This document shows positions 1 through 11,888 of a stretch of 64,000 bases of DNA, piece after piece. A model generated the notes under the pieces. The model was not told the origin of the DNA. It searched no databases and saw nothing but the letters and a program-made list of their open reading frames with translations. Position 1 is the first letter of the stretch. Each line of letters starts with the position of its first letter. Made by a program: the position numbers and the translations under genes. The DNA is from Eledone cirrhosa (taxonomy: Eukaryota): assembly GCA_964016885.1 (NCBI GenBank), contig OZ024740.1, forward strand, positions 244,404,001 through 244,468,000, written 5' to 3'.

Positions 1-12
1 TTCTAGTTAAAT

Positions 13-36
13 CGTCGAAACCACAGGTGGTCTAAA
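13..36 (+). ncRNA. Possible 3' half of a hammerhead ribozyme (5' half would lie before the window)
   Basis: cgtc-GAAA-ccac-ag-gtgg-TC-taaaag gives GAAA, stem III and a GUC triplet; CUGANGA is not in the window. Confidence 0.35.
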
Positions 37-319
37 AGTTAATGAGTGTATTTAATAGTTTGTATGATCTTCTCTCATCCATTTTCTTTCTTTTCTCCTT
101 TCTTCCTATCACTTCTGTGAGCCAACACACTCCTAGTCACTGATTTCTATCCTTTGAGGTAAATTTTACCCAGCGCTGTCATTGACAGCATTTTGCTTGT
201 TTTAACAGCTTCCTTGCATTGAGTTCTTCCCATTAAGCTATGAATTCTGATACACTCATGCTTCAAACTCGATATTCGAGATAACTTTGTGTGTATATAT
301 ATATATATAGAGAGAGAGA

Positions 320-775
320 TAGATATGTTTGTGATGCCTGTGTGAGGAGCGCAATGCTGCATGGTAGTGAGACATGGGCAGCAACTGCAGAGGCTATACG
401 ACAGCTGGAGAGAAATGGGGCAAACATGCTCCGTTGGATGTGCAATGTCAATGTGCGTGAACGACTGAGCATGGATGTGTTGAGAGAGAAACTGTGTATA
501 AGAGGGATAGATTGTAGTGTGCGAGAGCGGAGACTGAGGTGGTATGAACATGTGATGCGCATGGAGGATGACCGCATGGAGGAAGACGTGGTGGAGGTAG
601 ACCACGAAAAACATGGGCAGAGGTGGTGAGAGCAGACTTCAGATCGCTGAAGCTCACAGTGGAGATGATGAAGGACCGTGACAAGTGGAGAGATGCTGTG
701 CTGAATAGGACCCGTCCCACCCTTGCAAGCAGGGAAAAGCGGACGTAAAATGATGATGATGATGATATATATATA
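320..775 (+). mobile_element. RTE LINE 3' end fragment (family A)
   Basis: ORF 291..629 contains DACVRSAMLHGSETW...LRWMC...RLRWY; ends gggaaaagcggacgtaaaa(tga)n then (TA)n. Confidence 0.9.
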
Positions 776-873
776 TATATATATAAAGATTAAAATTAAG
801 TGAGAAAACACTTTAATTATGGGAGTAAAAACAAGTTATCAAAAAAAATAATTCTATCTAACCTTGTATAGAT

Positions 874-954
874 CTCCCTACCATGGTTTAGTATGGAGAA
901 GACTTCTTACTGAAACTGCCAATAATTAAAGAATCACTATACGCTTTAGGGGAG
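874..954 (-). ncRNA. Degenerate type I hammerhead ribozyme (left arm)
   Basis: Minus strand ctccc-CTAAAGC-gtat...atac-TAAA-c-CATG-g-TA-gggag; stems I-III pair but the core is mutated. Confidence 0.55.
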
Positions 955-1093
955 TTTAATTATCTCAAGTAGTCCTAATATGCTAGATTTTGATAACAAA
1001 ATACAACACTTATTTTTATTCCACCATGCTGCCTTGACAAAGGAAACAGTATGTATTATCTTGTTCAATTTCTCTAGCTCTTGAAGAATTAAA

Positions 1094-1172
1094 CTCCCCT
1101 GAAGAGTATGTGGATTCTTCAATTATTGGTGGTTCAAATAAGAATTCTTCCCCACAAAACCATGGTAGGGCG
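1094..1172 (+). ncRNA. Degenerate type I hammerhead ribozyme (right arm)
   Basis: ctccc-CTGAAGA-gtatg...ccac-AAAA-c-CATG-g-TA-gggcg; GAAA>AAAA fits CpG decay. Confidence 0.6.
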
Positions 1173-1494
1173 ATCTATATATAAGGTTAGATACAATACT
1201 TTTTTTTTCTCTATCTTGTTTATACACTAATAACACCGTGTAACAAAAAAAAATCTTTTCTCTGTTCCTGGCTTGTGTTTCTGAGGTCCCAAACAAAAAG
1301 AAAGTGCTATTAAACAGTTAAAAGTTTGGGTTTGTAAAAATTCTAAGCTATTCATTAGAATTATTTGTATGCTGGATTTTACGTTGTATGTAAGTTTAAT
1401 TTGCTTATGTTAAATGATTTTTTTATATATGTTTCAGGTTAAATTAAAATTATAAAATAAAGAGTAATACCTAAAGAAAATTATAAAAGTGCAA

Positions 1495-3011
1495 TCTCCT
1501 TATAATATATAACCAGCAATTTCTCTGTCTGTCTGTCCGACAGTGGAAACACGTGCGCGCGTGCAAATGTTTTTTGCGCACGCGTGCGAATGTTTTTTGC
1601 GCACGTGTAGAGAGAGAGTGAGAGTGAAAGAAAGAGACAGACTACGAGAGGGGGATAGCGGGAGGGAGAGAGGGAGAGAGAGAGTGAATAGACGCTAAAA
1701 CACGTGCACGCGTGCGAATGTTTTTTGCGCACGCGTAGAGAGAGAGTGAGAGTGAAAGAAAGAGACAGACTACAAGAGGGGGATAGCGGGAGAGAGAGGG
1801 GGGAATTGAGGAGTGCTACAGAAACATATATACATTTCTGTGTGTGTGTAATATATATATATATACACACACACACAGAAATATATATATATACACACAG
1901 AAATATATATACATTTCTGTGTGTGTAATATATATATATATACACACAGAAATATATATACATTTCTGTGTGTGTAATATCATCATCATCATCATCATCA
2001 TCATCGTTTAACGTCCATGTTCCACGCTTGCATGGGTTTGGACGGGAGTTTTCCCACTTGAGGCAAGAGTGGTTGTCTTGCTCGCATAGGACTGTCTGGC
2101 GGGTTTTCTACAGCTGGATGCCCTTCCTAACACCAACCACATTTACAGTGTGGGGCTGGGAGGTTTTTACCGTGTTACCTACACGGCCACATTACAGCGT
2201 GGACTGTGTGTTTTTTGTCGTGCCATCTACACGATCTCCTTTGTTTCGGCCTGGATGTTGTGGCACCAACATAACTTTACATTGAAAGGGGCGGTGTGGA
2301 TGGGGTGGGGGTGGTGGGACGGGGGGAGTATTTTGTTAGAGATGCCTACTGACTGTAGTAGGTTTTACTTTGTATTTAGGTAAGGCGGGACTTCTCTATT
2401 ACTGCGTACCGCCAAAGGTCTCGGTCCAGTGACATTGTCTTGGAGAGGTGTAAGTGTGTGAGGTCGGAATTTATCAGCTCGTCCCAGGTTTTTCTGGGTC
2501 TGCCTACTCCGTGGCTACCGTCTATCTTTATTGCCCTGCACTTTGTTATACAGCTGTCGTCTTTCATGCGCATCACGTGACCATACCAACGTAGCCTTCT
2601 CTTGAGTAAACAACATCTGATCCCTCTTATTTCTAATTTTCTCCTTAGTTCGTTTATGCTTTGCCGTTCACGTATATTACTATTACACATCCAGCGGAGC
2701 ATGCAAGCTTCGTTCCTCTCTAGTCTGCGTACATCCTCTGCACACAATGCCCAGGTCTCACTGCCATGCAACATTGCTGTTCGTATGCAGGCATCATACA
2801 ACCTGCCTTTCATTCTTAGGGAGAACCCTTTAGCGGCTAATAGTGGTATAAGCTCTCTGAACTTTTTCCATCCAGTTTTGACTCTAGCTACTGTACTTTT
2901 TCTGTGTGTGTAATATATATATATATACACACAGAAATATATATACATTTCTGTGTGTGTAATATATATATATACTAGTAGAAAACCACCCGGTGGGTGG
3001 TTTTCTGCTAG
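1495..3011 (+). mobile_element. Non-autonomous Helitron-like element A (contains an RTE insertion)
   Basis: Starts a|TCtccttataatatataa...(tctg)n; ends in a hairpin plus CTAG at 3008-3011; internal ~155-bp tandem duplication at about 1545-1800. Confidence 0.5.
1980..2897 (-). mobile_element. RTE LINE 3' end (family B)
   Basis: ORF 2376..2948 (ARVKTGWKKFREL...GRPRKTW...DRDLWR); 3' UTR with ~38-bp repeats; (CAT)n tail. Confidence 0.92.
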
Positions 3012-3904
3012 TCTATATATATAAAACTGAGGATGTCTGTCTGTTTGTGTGTGAGTTTGAATCTCCCTAAAACTAGAGAACCACCCAACTGACTGTTTTC
3101 AAACTTTACACATCCAATACTTATGTTTCAGGGAGTGTTCTGAGCAAACAAAATTTCAAATTTTTAATGCCCTAGGGACTGCATTAGGTGATTTAGCGAT
3201 CTCTCTCTATAATTCTTAGTCTTTCTCTTTTTAGATAGATACATACATATAACGTCGCGCCCTGTCTGCATTACGTCACTTCCTTGAAGATGTCTGTCTG
3301 TGTGTGTGTGTGTGTGTGAGTTTGAATCCCTAAAACCCGAGAAGTACCAAACCGACCTTTTTCAAACTTTACATGTGTATTACTTATGTTTCAGGGAGTG
3401 TTATGCACCTAAAAAAAATTCAACTTTTTCATCCCTTAGGTGAAAAACTGCGTTTTTTAAGCTTTTTAGGGTTTTTTTGAGGCGTTACGTCAGACCGATT
3501 TCCTTGAAATTGTAACTATGTATTAGTCAGTCTCTTCTTCATATCCTGAGCAAAGAAAATCCAACTTTTTTATGGCCTAGGGCCCACATTAGGTGAAAAA
3601 CTTCATTTTTTTAGCTTTTTAGGGCTTTTTTGAGGCGTTACACCTAGGCGATTTTCCCGAAATTTCAAGGCATATTATGCACATAAAAAAATTCATTTTC
3701 TTGATCCCCTAGAGCCCACATTAGGTGAAAACCTCCATTTTTCCTGCTTCATCGAGGAAAATCTTAAAGATTATCCAGCCATCAGAGTATTCGGTTTATT
3801 TTCTTTACATATTGTTCAGGCATGCAGTTTTTGCATGATTAGGTCTGTTGGCGGCCCGCCTTCCAAAATACCTTATCACGTGCAACGCCGGGTACCACTG
3901 CTAG
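3012..3904 (+). mobile_element. Non-autonomous Helitron B
   Basis: 5' TCtatatatataaaa, (gtct)n near the 5' end, 3' gcaacgccgggt...CTAG|t; homologous to 11889-12465. Confidence 0.8.
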
Positions 3905-3994
3905 TAAAGTGTAAAATTGTTAAAAAGTGGATTAAAGAGATTTATTGATACTGGATTTTCGCACCCTGAATAAAGGGTAAGTTGTGTTTTAAGC

Positions 3995-5077
3995 ATTCGT
4001 CTCTAGGATGAAGCAGTGGAACTTGGTCAAGGAGGAAAGCAGGTGACAAGTTAGAGAAGTCGACACAAACCTTTCTCAGGCTTTTACACTCTTAGGGATG
4101 GCCTCTGCTTCTGCCATGACGTGCCTGGACTGTTTGACGTTATTGGGGTGCCGTTTGTGCCCACGGAGTGGCGGCTATTTATAGACAGCTCCACCACAAG
4201 TTTGAAGGCTGTCCTCCTCCACAATGGAAACAAGTTCCCGACACTGCCCTTAGCTCATTCAGTCTGCCTGAAGGAAGATTACTACAGTGTGAAAGTCCTC
4301 TTGGAAGCTCTGCAATACAACCAGTACAATTGGGAAATCATTGGAGACTTCAAGATGGTAGCTTTCCTGCTTGGACTCGAAGCAGGCTTTATCAAATTCC
4401 AATGCTTCCTCTGCCTTTGGAACAGCAGAGCCACCTCTGACCACTACAATAGAAAGAACTGGGAGCAGCAAACAGAATTTGTAGTTGGGACCCGGAACGT
4501 CATGTGGGAGCCACTGGTTGATCCCAGGATTGTGCTCATGCCGCCACTGCACATTTAGTTGGGGTTGATGAAGCAGTTTGTGAAGGCTCTCAACCAAGAA
4601 TCAGCCGTTTTTAAGTACCTTCTTGAGTTCTTCCCCAAGTTATCTGAGGCCAAAATCAAAGGTGGAATTTTTGTTGGACCTCAGATAAAGAAGGTGTTTG
4701 AGTCTACCGAGTTCTCCAATAAGCTCAATAGGATTGAGAGAACATCATGGAACTGTTTCAATGAAGTTGTTAAGGGCTTCCTGGGCAACTACAGATCTGA
4801 AAACTACCAGCAACTGGTGCAGGATCTGATAAAGGCTTTTGGCGCCATGGGATGCAGGATGTCGCTTAAACTCCATATGCTGGACGCTCACCTGGAAAAA
4901 TTCAAGAACAATATGGGCGCCTACTTAGAAGAACAAAGCGAACGATTCCACCAAGATGTGAAAGAGATAGAGCGGAGGTACCAGAGCCAGTACAATGAAA
5001 AGATGATGGGGGACTATATCTGGGGGCTAGTGCAGGAATGCAACCTGGACTACAATCACAAATCCAGTCATTTCTGA
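3995..5077 (+). pseudogene. Chapaev3-like transposase, C-terminal part, with in-frame stop
   Basis: EWRLFIDSS..SLKAVLLHNGN, GDFKMV, FLCLW, PPLHI*LGLMKQFVKAL (TAG at 4556-4558), GIFVGPQI, MSLKLH, ERFHQD. Confidence 0.85.
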
Positions 5078-5589
5078 CGTGTATAAGTTGCTTTATAAGT
5101 GTTATTTGTTTTTACTTGTTTGCTTTTGATAAGCTTGTGTAATAAAATAAATATAAACTCTGTTGATTTAATTATATGAACTGATAAATTTTAAAAAAAT
5201 GTGTTTTTTCTTGAAAAATATGAAAATTTCGAAATATCAAACTCCTGACCACAAACCCAAACTTCTGATTAAATAATAGTGTTTTTTTTATAATAATGGG
5301 ATATAACAAACCATGAAATGACACTTAGAACCGGAGAACAAAAAATATGTTACACGGTGTAATTAAAGTTTTTTCTCACTTAATTCTAATATATAATATT
5401 GCTTCTCTGAGAGATTTCTCTCATTGAGATATTTAAGTATGAAAGACTGATTAATTAACCTTTAATTAATATTAAACTGCTCCTTAATTTGTCGAGCTGT
5501 ACCAGACAGTCTTTTGGCTGCTATTTCTAGCGACATTATAAGTCTGTCCAGTAGTCTAATTAACCTTTAATTAATATATATGTATATAA

Positions 5590-6150
5590 GTGTTTGGCAT
5601 GGCCAACTGGCCTGTTCCTCCTCATAGTTGTGTCATCCAGTTCCATGCTCCCAAGCTGTGGTTCCGCTGTCAGAAGAGTTTGACTGGGCCAACTGGACTG
5701 TCCCTCATAGCAGTGCTATCCAGTTCCACACTGTAAATGTGGTTGTGGCTCCCAAACTATGGTTCCGATGTGAGAAGGGTTTGGCGCAGCCAACATGATT
5801 GCGGCTACCAAAATATGGTTCTGCTGTGAGAAAGGTTCAACATGGCCAACTGGAGTGTCCCTCCTCATAGTCATTCAGTTCCAGGCTACAAAACTATTGG
5901 TTCCATTGTAAGATGTGTTCGGTGCAATCATCTGGCCTGTCCCACCTCATAACAGTACCATCCAGTCCCACATTGTAAATGTGGTTGATGTTAGGAAGGG
6001 CATCCAGCTGTAAAATTTTCAATCAAATTTACAGTCCCATCGGAACAAGGTACAGCATATCCAATTCTGGCCAGACTTGTCTCTCAATGCGGGCAACCCG
6101 TCTAACCCATGAAAACATGGAAAATGGACGCTAAATGGGGATGATGATAT
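5590..6150 (+). mobile_element. Non-autonomous retroposon: ~80-100-bp tandem units plus RTE-type 3' tail
   Basis: About five degenerate units ggccaactgg..cctcatag..ccagttcca, then gttaggaagggcatccagctgta...catggaaaatggacg..(gat)n. Confidence 0.65.
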
Positions 6151-6162
6151 ATATTGCACTTA

Positions 6163-6300
6163 CGCACAGTTTCTGTCTGCCAAATTTCACTCATAAGACA
6201 TTAGTTAACCTAAGGATATAGTTCAAGGTGCTCTATAATGAAACTGAACCTGAAAGCATGTGGTTGTGAAGTGAACTACTTAATCACACAGCTATGGAAA
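6163..6300 (-). mobile_element. Old tRNA-derived SINE (third family); similar copies at ~21790-21920 (-), ~32350-32495 (-), ~42800-42890 (+)
   Basis: Shared caaatttcactca...caaggtgc...actgaacc..aaccatgtggttg..aag...cttaaccacacagc. Confidence 0.6.
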
Positions 6301-6814
6301 TGCCTATAACCTATGTCTTTAAAACAACCATCTTACACTGTGATTGTTTTTCTACCTGCAATTCCACAGCAGTTTTCCATTCCTCAGTTTACTTAACAAT
6401 TCTGCTTTTCTTTTTTAGAGAATCATTAACTGACATTCTTCTATCACAGGTTTGTTTATTTTTGTCTTGGAGAACCCAGAGAGGCCCATATTTCATTGTC
6501 TAATCAAATCTCTGTCATCATTCAATGTTTTTACATGTATTTTCTCATGCTGTCATGGTTTTTCTGTACTATTATTCTTTCAAGGAAATCAATATATTTA
6601 GCTTAAAAATAATACCAAAAGAAAAAAAAACTTTCTTTTCATACATAGGATTCTGTTGTATTTTCTCCCCTCCTTTTATTTTCCTAAATGGTTGTTGTTG
6701 TTTGCATCTGTTTCATTGAAAAAATATATATATATAATAGATAAAGCTGAGCTTTATATAAGCTAAAGCTGTAATTTTGGAAAAATTATCCAAACACTCA
6801 GTCACTTTGATAAG

Positions 6815-6831
6815 TGCTGCTGCTGCTGCTT

Positions 6832-6862
<31 letters not shown>

Positions 6863-7185
6863 CATCACCACCACCAACACTACTACTACCATCACCACCA
6901 CCAACACTACTACTACTACTACTACTTCCATTATTGCTGCTACTACTACTGCCACACCCTTACCATCACTGCCACCACTTATGTAACTGCTATTACCATC
7001 ACCAGCACCACCATTTTTACTACTCACACCACCTTCATCATGTCAACAATTACTATTACTACTTCTACAACAACCAGCATCGCTACTACCACTAATACTA
7101 CTGACATCAACAGCATCATCCCCACCAGTCCCATGTCTACAACTACAAGCCTCATGTCTACTACTACCACCACCACCACCACCAT
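6815..7185. repeat. Trinucleotide low-complexity tract (CTA/CCA/CTG)n
   Basis: Direct inspection; explains the poly-T, poly-L and poly-V ORFs. Confidence 0.9.
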
Positions 7186-8147
7186 TAATACATATCTTGT
7201 CTTTGCAAACAGTTTTTATTATTTTTAATGAACGCTTCTTATCTCAATATTTTCTCCAACCATTTCTACCAAACTCAACACACTGGTTGCTTGAATGGCA
7301 GATCCACATGATACTAACACTCAAATAATCATCATCTCTCATGGGTTAGGTTTAACCCTTTAGATACCAAACCATCTGAAACTGCCCTAGGGTCTACAAT
7401 ACAAAACTGAATATTTTAAAGTGTTTTTATTTATCTAAAATCTTTCTATCATAATTTTATGTAAGGACATTTGTTAAGTTATGTTCCAAGTTCCAAACAC
7501 AAGACTAATGAGAAAGTTGGTTATATTATCATATAATTCTTGATCATTTTGAAAATCTAAATCATTGGAAATATGGTAATGAAAGGGAAGGACCTAACAT
7601 ACCACTTACCATAGTATTAAACAATGGTAACTACTGCTACTTACTACCTTTCTACAGACTACAGAGATGGAAAATTTGGCAATATTTTGGAATATTTTAG
7701 AATTTTCTATATACTTTCTTTGTAACAGACTTTCAAAATACTCATATTTCCCCAAGAGAATAAAATCCATTAATATTTCGTTTTTCATTCACTTACTGGC
7801 AATAAGATTCCAAATATAGAATTCAGCTCCCATTTACTGCTATTCCACTTTCATGCTTTCTTATCTCTCCCACAGTTTATCACTATATATATATATATAT
7901 AAATATACACATACACACACATATCTTCACCATAATGGCACTTCTTTTTCTATTTGATTCTGTGAACAATTGCAATGATGAAACATAATTCTTGCTCTGC
8001 ATTTTTCTGTTTATCTCTTGCTATTATCAATTGAGGAACATTTTGTTTCTTTAAAATAAGAAACTTTTTTCCAAAATAGTTTCTACTTTAAAAATCTGAT
8101 TCTTTACTCACTATATGACCATCATGAAAACACCAAACAATATCACC

Positions 8148-8225
<78 letters not shown>

Positions 8226-8528
8226 CACCACCATTATCACCACTATCATCAAAACACTCTATCACTACCATTATCATCATCAACACCATCTTATAGATGT
8301 CCATTTATCAATATTTCCTAGGTAACGAAACTTGCATTGCACTATATTCACTGTTTGCAGTGTCAGTGCACTTTGAGCAATTGCGGTGCCATTGTACTCC
8401 AAACTACATAGGAATCATCATCATCTTCACCATCATAATCTACATCATTTTTCACCTGTTCTTTTGCAACAGACATTATAGGTAAAATTACACACACACA
8501 CACACACATATATATAAATATATATATA

Positions 8529-8567
<39 letters not shown>

Positions 8568-8568
<1 letters not shown>

Positions 8569-9135
8569 CATCATCATCATCACCATTTTTCCACATTGCA
8601 TGGGTTACACGAGTTGTCCTGTTGAGGGCAACGCTAGGTCAGGTGACCATGTCTTGCTCATAGAGAACTAATTTTGGCTTGGTTTCTACAGCTGGATGCA
8701 CTTCCTAATGCCAACTTCATTTACAGTGAGTAGTAGGTGCTTCTTGTTGTGACACCTACATGACCACTTTACAGTGTAAGCTGGGGATTTTGGTGGGAAG
8801 GGTGTGTGGGGATTAAAGAGGCGTATTAAAGAGGGTATATGGGCGTGTGTGAGGGGGCAGAGTGTTAGGATATGGGAGGTGCAAGGAAGGGGGTGAAGGT
8901 GTAGGTAGTGCATACCAGATGTATGCTTCAGCTTGTACTCATGGGAAGGTGGGTTTTCTGTATTACCAGAGATCCCAGTCCTGTGTCATTGCCTTAGAGA
9001 GGTGCAATTGAGCAAGGTCAGTTTTTATCACCTTATCCCAAGTCCTCCTGGGCCTTCCTACTCCATGGCTTCCATCAACTTTGGGCGCTCTGCATATTTT
9101 TATACAGCTGCCACCCTTCATATGTATCAGGTGCA
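8568..9135 (-). mobile_element. RTE LINE 3' end, degenerate
   Basis: (CAT)n tail, ctacagctggatg 3' UTR motif, GRPRRTW-like remnant. Confidence 0.8.
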
Positions 9136-9143
9136 TGCGCATA

Positions 9144-9597
9144 TCATCATCATCACCGTTTTACGTCCGTTCTTCCATGCTAGCATGGGTTAGACGGGTT
9201 GTCCTGTTGTGGGCAGTGTCTGGTCGGCTGACCATGCCTTTCTCATACAGGAACTGATTTGGCTTGATTTCTACAGCTGGATGCCCTTCCTAACACCAAC
9301 CTCATTTACAGTGAGTGCTGGGTACTTTTTCGTGGCGCCTACACGTCCACTTTACAGTGTGGGCTGGGTGCTTTTTTGCCGTGGCACCTCCACGACCACC
9401 TTGCAGTGAGAGGGCGTGGGGGCATATTGTCTATATGCTTCAGCTTGTACCCATGGGAGGTCGGTTACTCTGTATTACTGCATGACGCCAGAGGTCACGG
9501 TCGTGTGTCATCGCCTTTGAGAGGTGTAATTGGGTAAGGTCAGCTTTTATCACCTCATCCCAGGTCTTCTTGGGTCTCCCCACTCCGCGGTTTCCAT
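9144..9597 (-). mobile_element. RTE LINE 3' end
   Basis: (CAT)n tail, 3' UTR repeats, GRPKKTWDEVIK on the minus strand. Confidence 0.85.
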
Positions 9598-9759
9598 ATA
9601 TATATATATTAAAAGAACAGATTAAAGTTTAAGCAAAGAATCGCTGCTTATAATAAATAACGCTGGTCTTATAATAAATATTTGCTCTATGGATTTTTAT
9701 ATTTATATATAATCTTTATCGAACCCTCTTCAGATTTTAGTCTTCACATTTATTATTAC

Positions 9760-10305
9760 TATGAGAGAGGCTGAGCATAAGAGGAATCAAATGCTGTGTG
9801 CAGGAGAGCAGGATGCATTGGTATGGACATGTGATGCGTATGAAGGATGACAGCTGCATAAAAAGGTGCAGATAACTAAAAGTTGATGGAAGCCAAGAAG
9901 ACCTGGGATGAGATGATAAAAGCAAACCTTGCCCAATTGCACCTCTCAACGGCGATGACACAGGACCGTGACCTCTGATGTCACGCAATAATACAGAAGA
10001 CCCGACTTCCCACGGGAACATATAGACAATATGCCCCCATCTCCTACCACTGCAAAGTGGTCGTGGAGGTGTCATGACAAAAAAAGCACCCAGACCACAC
10101 TATAAAGTGGACGTGTAGGGACCATGTAAAACAAAGTACCCAGCACTCACTGTAAATGAGGTTGGTGATAGGAAGGGCATCCAACTGTAGAAATCAATCC
10201 AAAATCAGTTCTCATATGAGCAAGACATGGTCAGCCGACCTAACATTGCCCGCAACAGGATAACCCATCTAACCCATGTAGCGTGGAAGATAACGGTGAT
10301 GATGA
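9760..10305 (+). mobile_element. RTE LINE 3' end
   Basis: WYGHVMRMKDDSCIK; 3' UTR repeats; (GAT)n tail. Confidence 0.85.
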
Positions 10306-10381
10306 TATTTGTTCAATGAAAATGAGTTAACTGATTTAGAAGCAGCTGACTTTTACATAACAGATGTCTAGTACTCAACGG

Positions 10382-10449
10382 TATATGTATTTCGAAGATG
10401 AAAGGCTTATGTATAACATAAGTCAAAACATGTTCTCTTCAGATAAAAT
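10382..10449 (-). ncRNA. Hammerhead ribozyme copy lacking the 3' strand of stem I
   Basis: Minus strand attttat-CTGAAGA-gaacatg...catcttc-GAAA-t-ACAT-a-TA, then homology ends. Confidence 0.65.
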
Positions 10450-10779
10450 CCACAGGAGATGTAGAAATCAGTTGATATGCAGGCAGTCAGACAAGCTGTT
10501 CAGATACATGGCCAGCAAGCATATGCTTGGAAAAAACCTCAACACAGAAGATATTATATGAGTGGGAGAAATATTACAGTTGGTATTGACGTTTTTGAAC
10601 TGGTAAGAGTATGATGATACCGGATTGGTAAAAAAAATCAAAACAAAAACAAATATTGACCGTTAGTCTATTTATTTATAACTTATGTTAGATTAAATTA
10701 GATAAGATTAAGAAGAACTATTTTTTTAGTGCACTAGATAAATGCTTTCCTAGATCACATAAATACAGTAAAATCTTTA

Positions 10780-11439
10780 ACACACACAATTAAACTTTCC
10801 TACTCGACTACTAAAAATATTGCCCAAAATATAGCTAAAATTAACAATAGAAACCCTGGAATTAAACATAGGGAGATAACTCCCAATAATAATCATAGAA
10901 TCATTGATGGAATTAACAACATCTTAAATAACAGTCATAATTCCATTAATATAGGCGAGGGAAATCTACCGAATTCTGAACACAGAATGGGAAATTTAAA
11001 TAGTAGCGCAAATAATTGTAATTGTAAAAACCGTAGTCTTTGCCCACTAAATAATAACTGTCTTGATCGAAACTTAGTTTATAAATGCATAGTTAAAACG
11101 AATGATAAGTCTTATAGTTATATTGGTGCTACTTCTTCTAAATTTAAAGAAAGGTAGTATAACCATCACCACTCATTTAAAAGAAAAGATAAAAGAACTA
11201 GCACGGCCCTCTCTGAATTGATTTGGTCGCTTAAAAATAATAACATTGAATATTCCCTTTCTTGTGCTTTGCCTGATGAAAATGCATCTATATCTAAGGG
11301 ATGTGACCGCTGTACAACAGAGATTCTCCACACCATTCATAATAGACAATTAATTATAAATAAACGCTCGGAAATCTTCAGTTTTTGTCTTCACAAGTTA
11401 AACAAAACGTTTCATAGGGTGTTGTTGAATTTTAAATAA
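10780..11439 (+). pseudogene. PLE GIY-YIG endonuclease remnant
   Basis: IKLSYSTTKNI...CNCKNRSLCPLNNNCL..NLVYKC...SYIGAT..FKER*YNH...TALSELIWSLK...CDRCTTE...INKRSEIFSFCLHK. Confidence 0.85.
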
Positions 11440-11888
11440 AATTTAATAGACTATAAAATAAGTAATATAAAATTTCTTTATATATAGTTTTTAACCTATT
11501 TTATTTTTAAATCGTTAATAAATAAGTATTATACTATTTCTTCATTATAACTTTTACATCTATTTTAACTCTAATTAGTATATAAGTGATTAATTTTAAT
11601 ATAAATTGACAAATTAGGCTATAATACATGTATTTTTCCTTTGAACTAAATTATTAATCTGGTATCCTGATACCCTAGCCAGTTATAAAAATAGCAACGC
11701 CAATATTAAATATTTTCTTCCACTCCCACTCATATAATATCTACTAAAATAAAATTGTAAACATAGATAAATTAGGTTACAACAAATACATCTTTTGCTT
11801 TGAACCAATTTATTAATCCGATAACATAACTTAGCCAGTTATGAAAATAGCAATGCCAATTGTTAAATATTTTTTCCCACTCACATAA

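Larger units (their letters stand above)
785..1230. repeat. Fold-back (inverted pLTR) PLE remnant; the right arm continues at 5360-5390 after a DNA transposon insertion
   Basis: 826-970 is the imperfect reverse complement of 1078-1226; 785-820 is the reverse complement of 5360-5390. Confidence 0.8.
1234..5359 (+). mobile_element. Chapaev3-type (CMC superfamily) DNA transposon
   Basis: 12-bp perfect TIR caccgtgtaaca / tgttacacggtg; TAA duplicated at 1231-1233 and 5360-5362; internal transposase remnant. Confidence 0.8.

Noticed and set aside
6713-7228. Mucin-like poly-Thr, poly-Leu and poly-Val ORFs
   Set aside because: Products of trinucleotide low-complexity sequence; no splice or domain support
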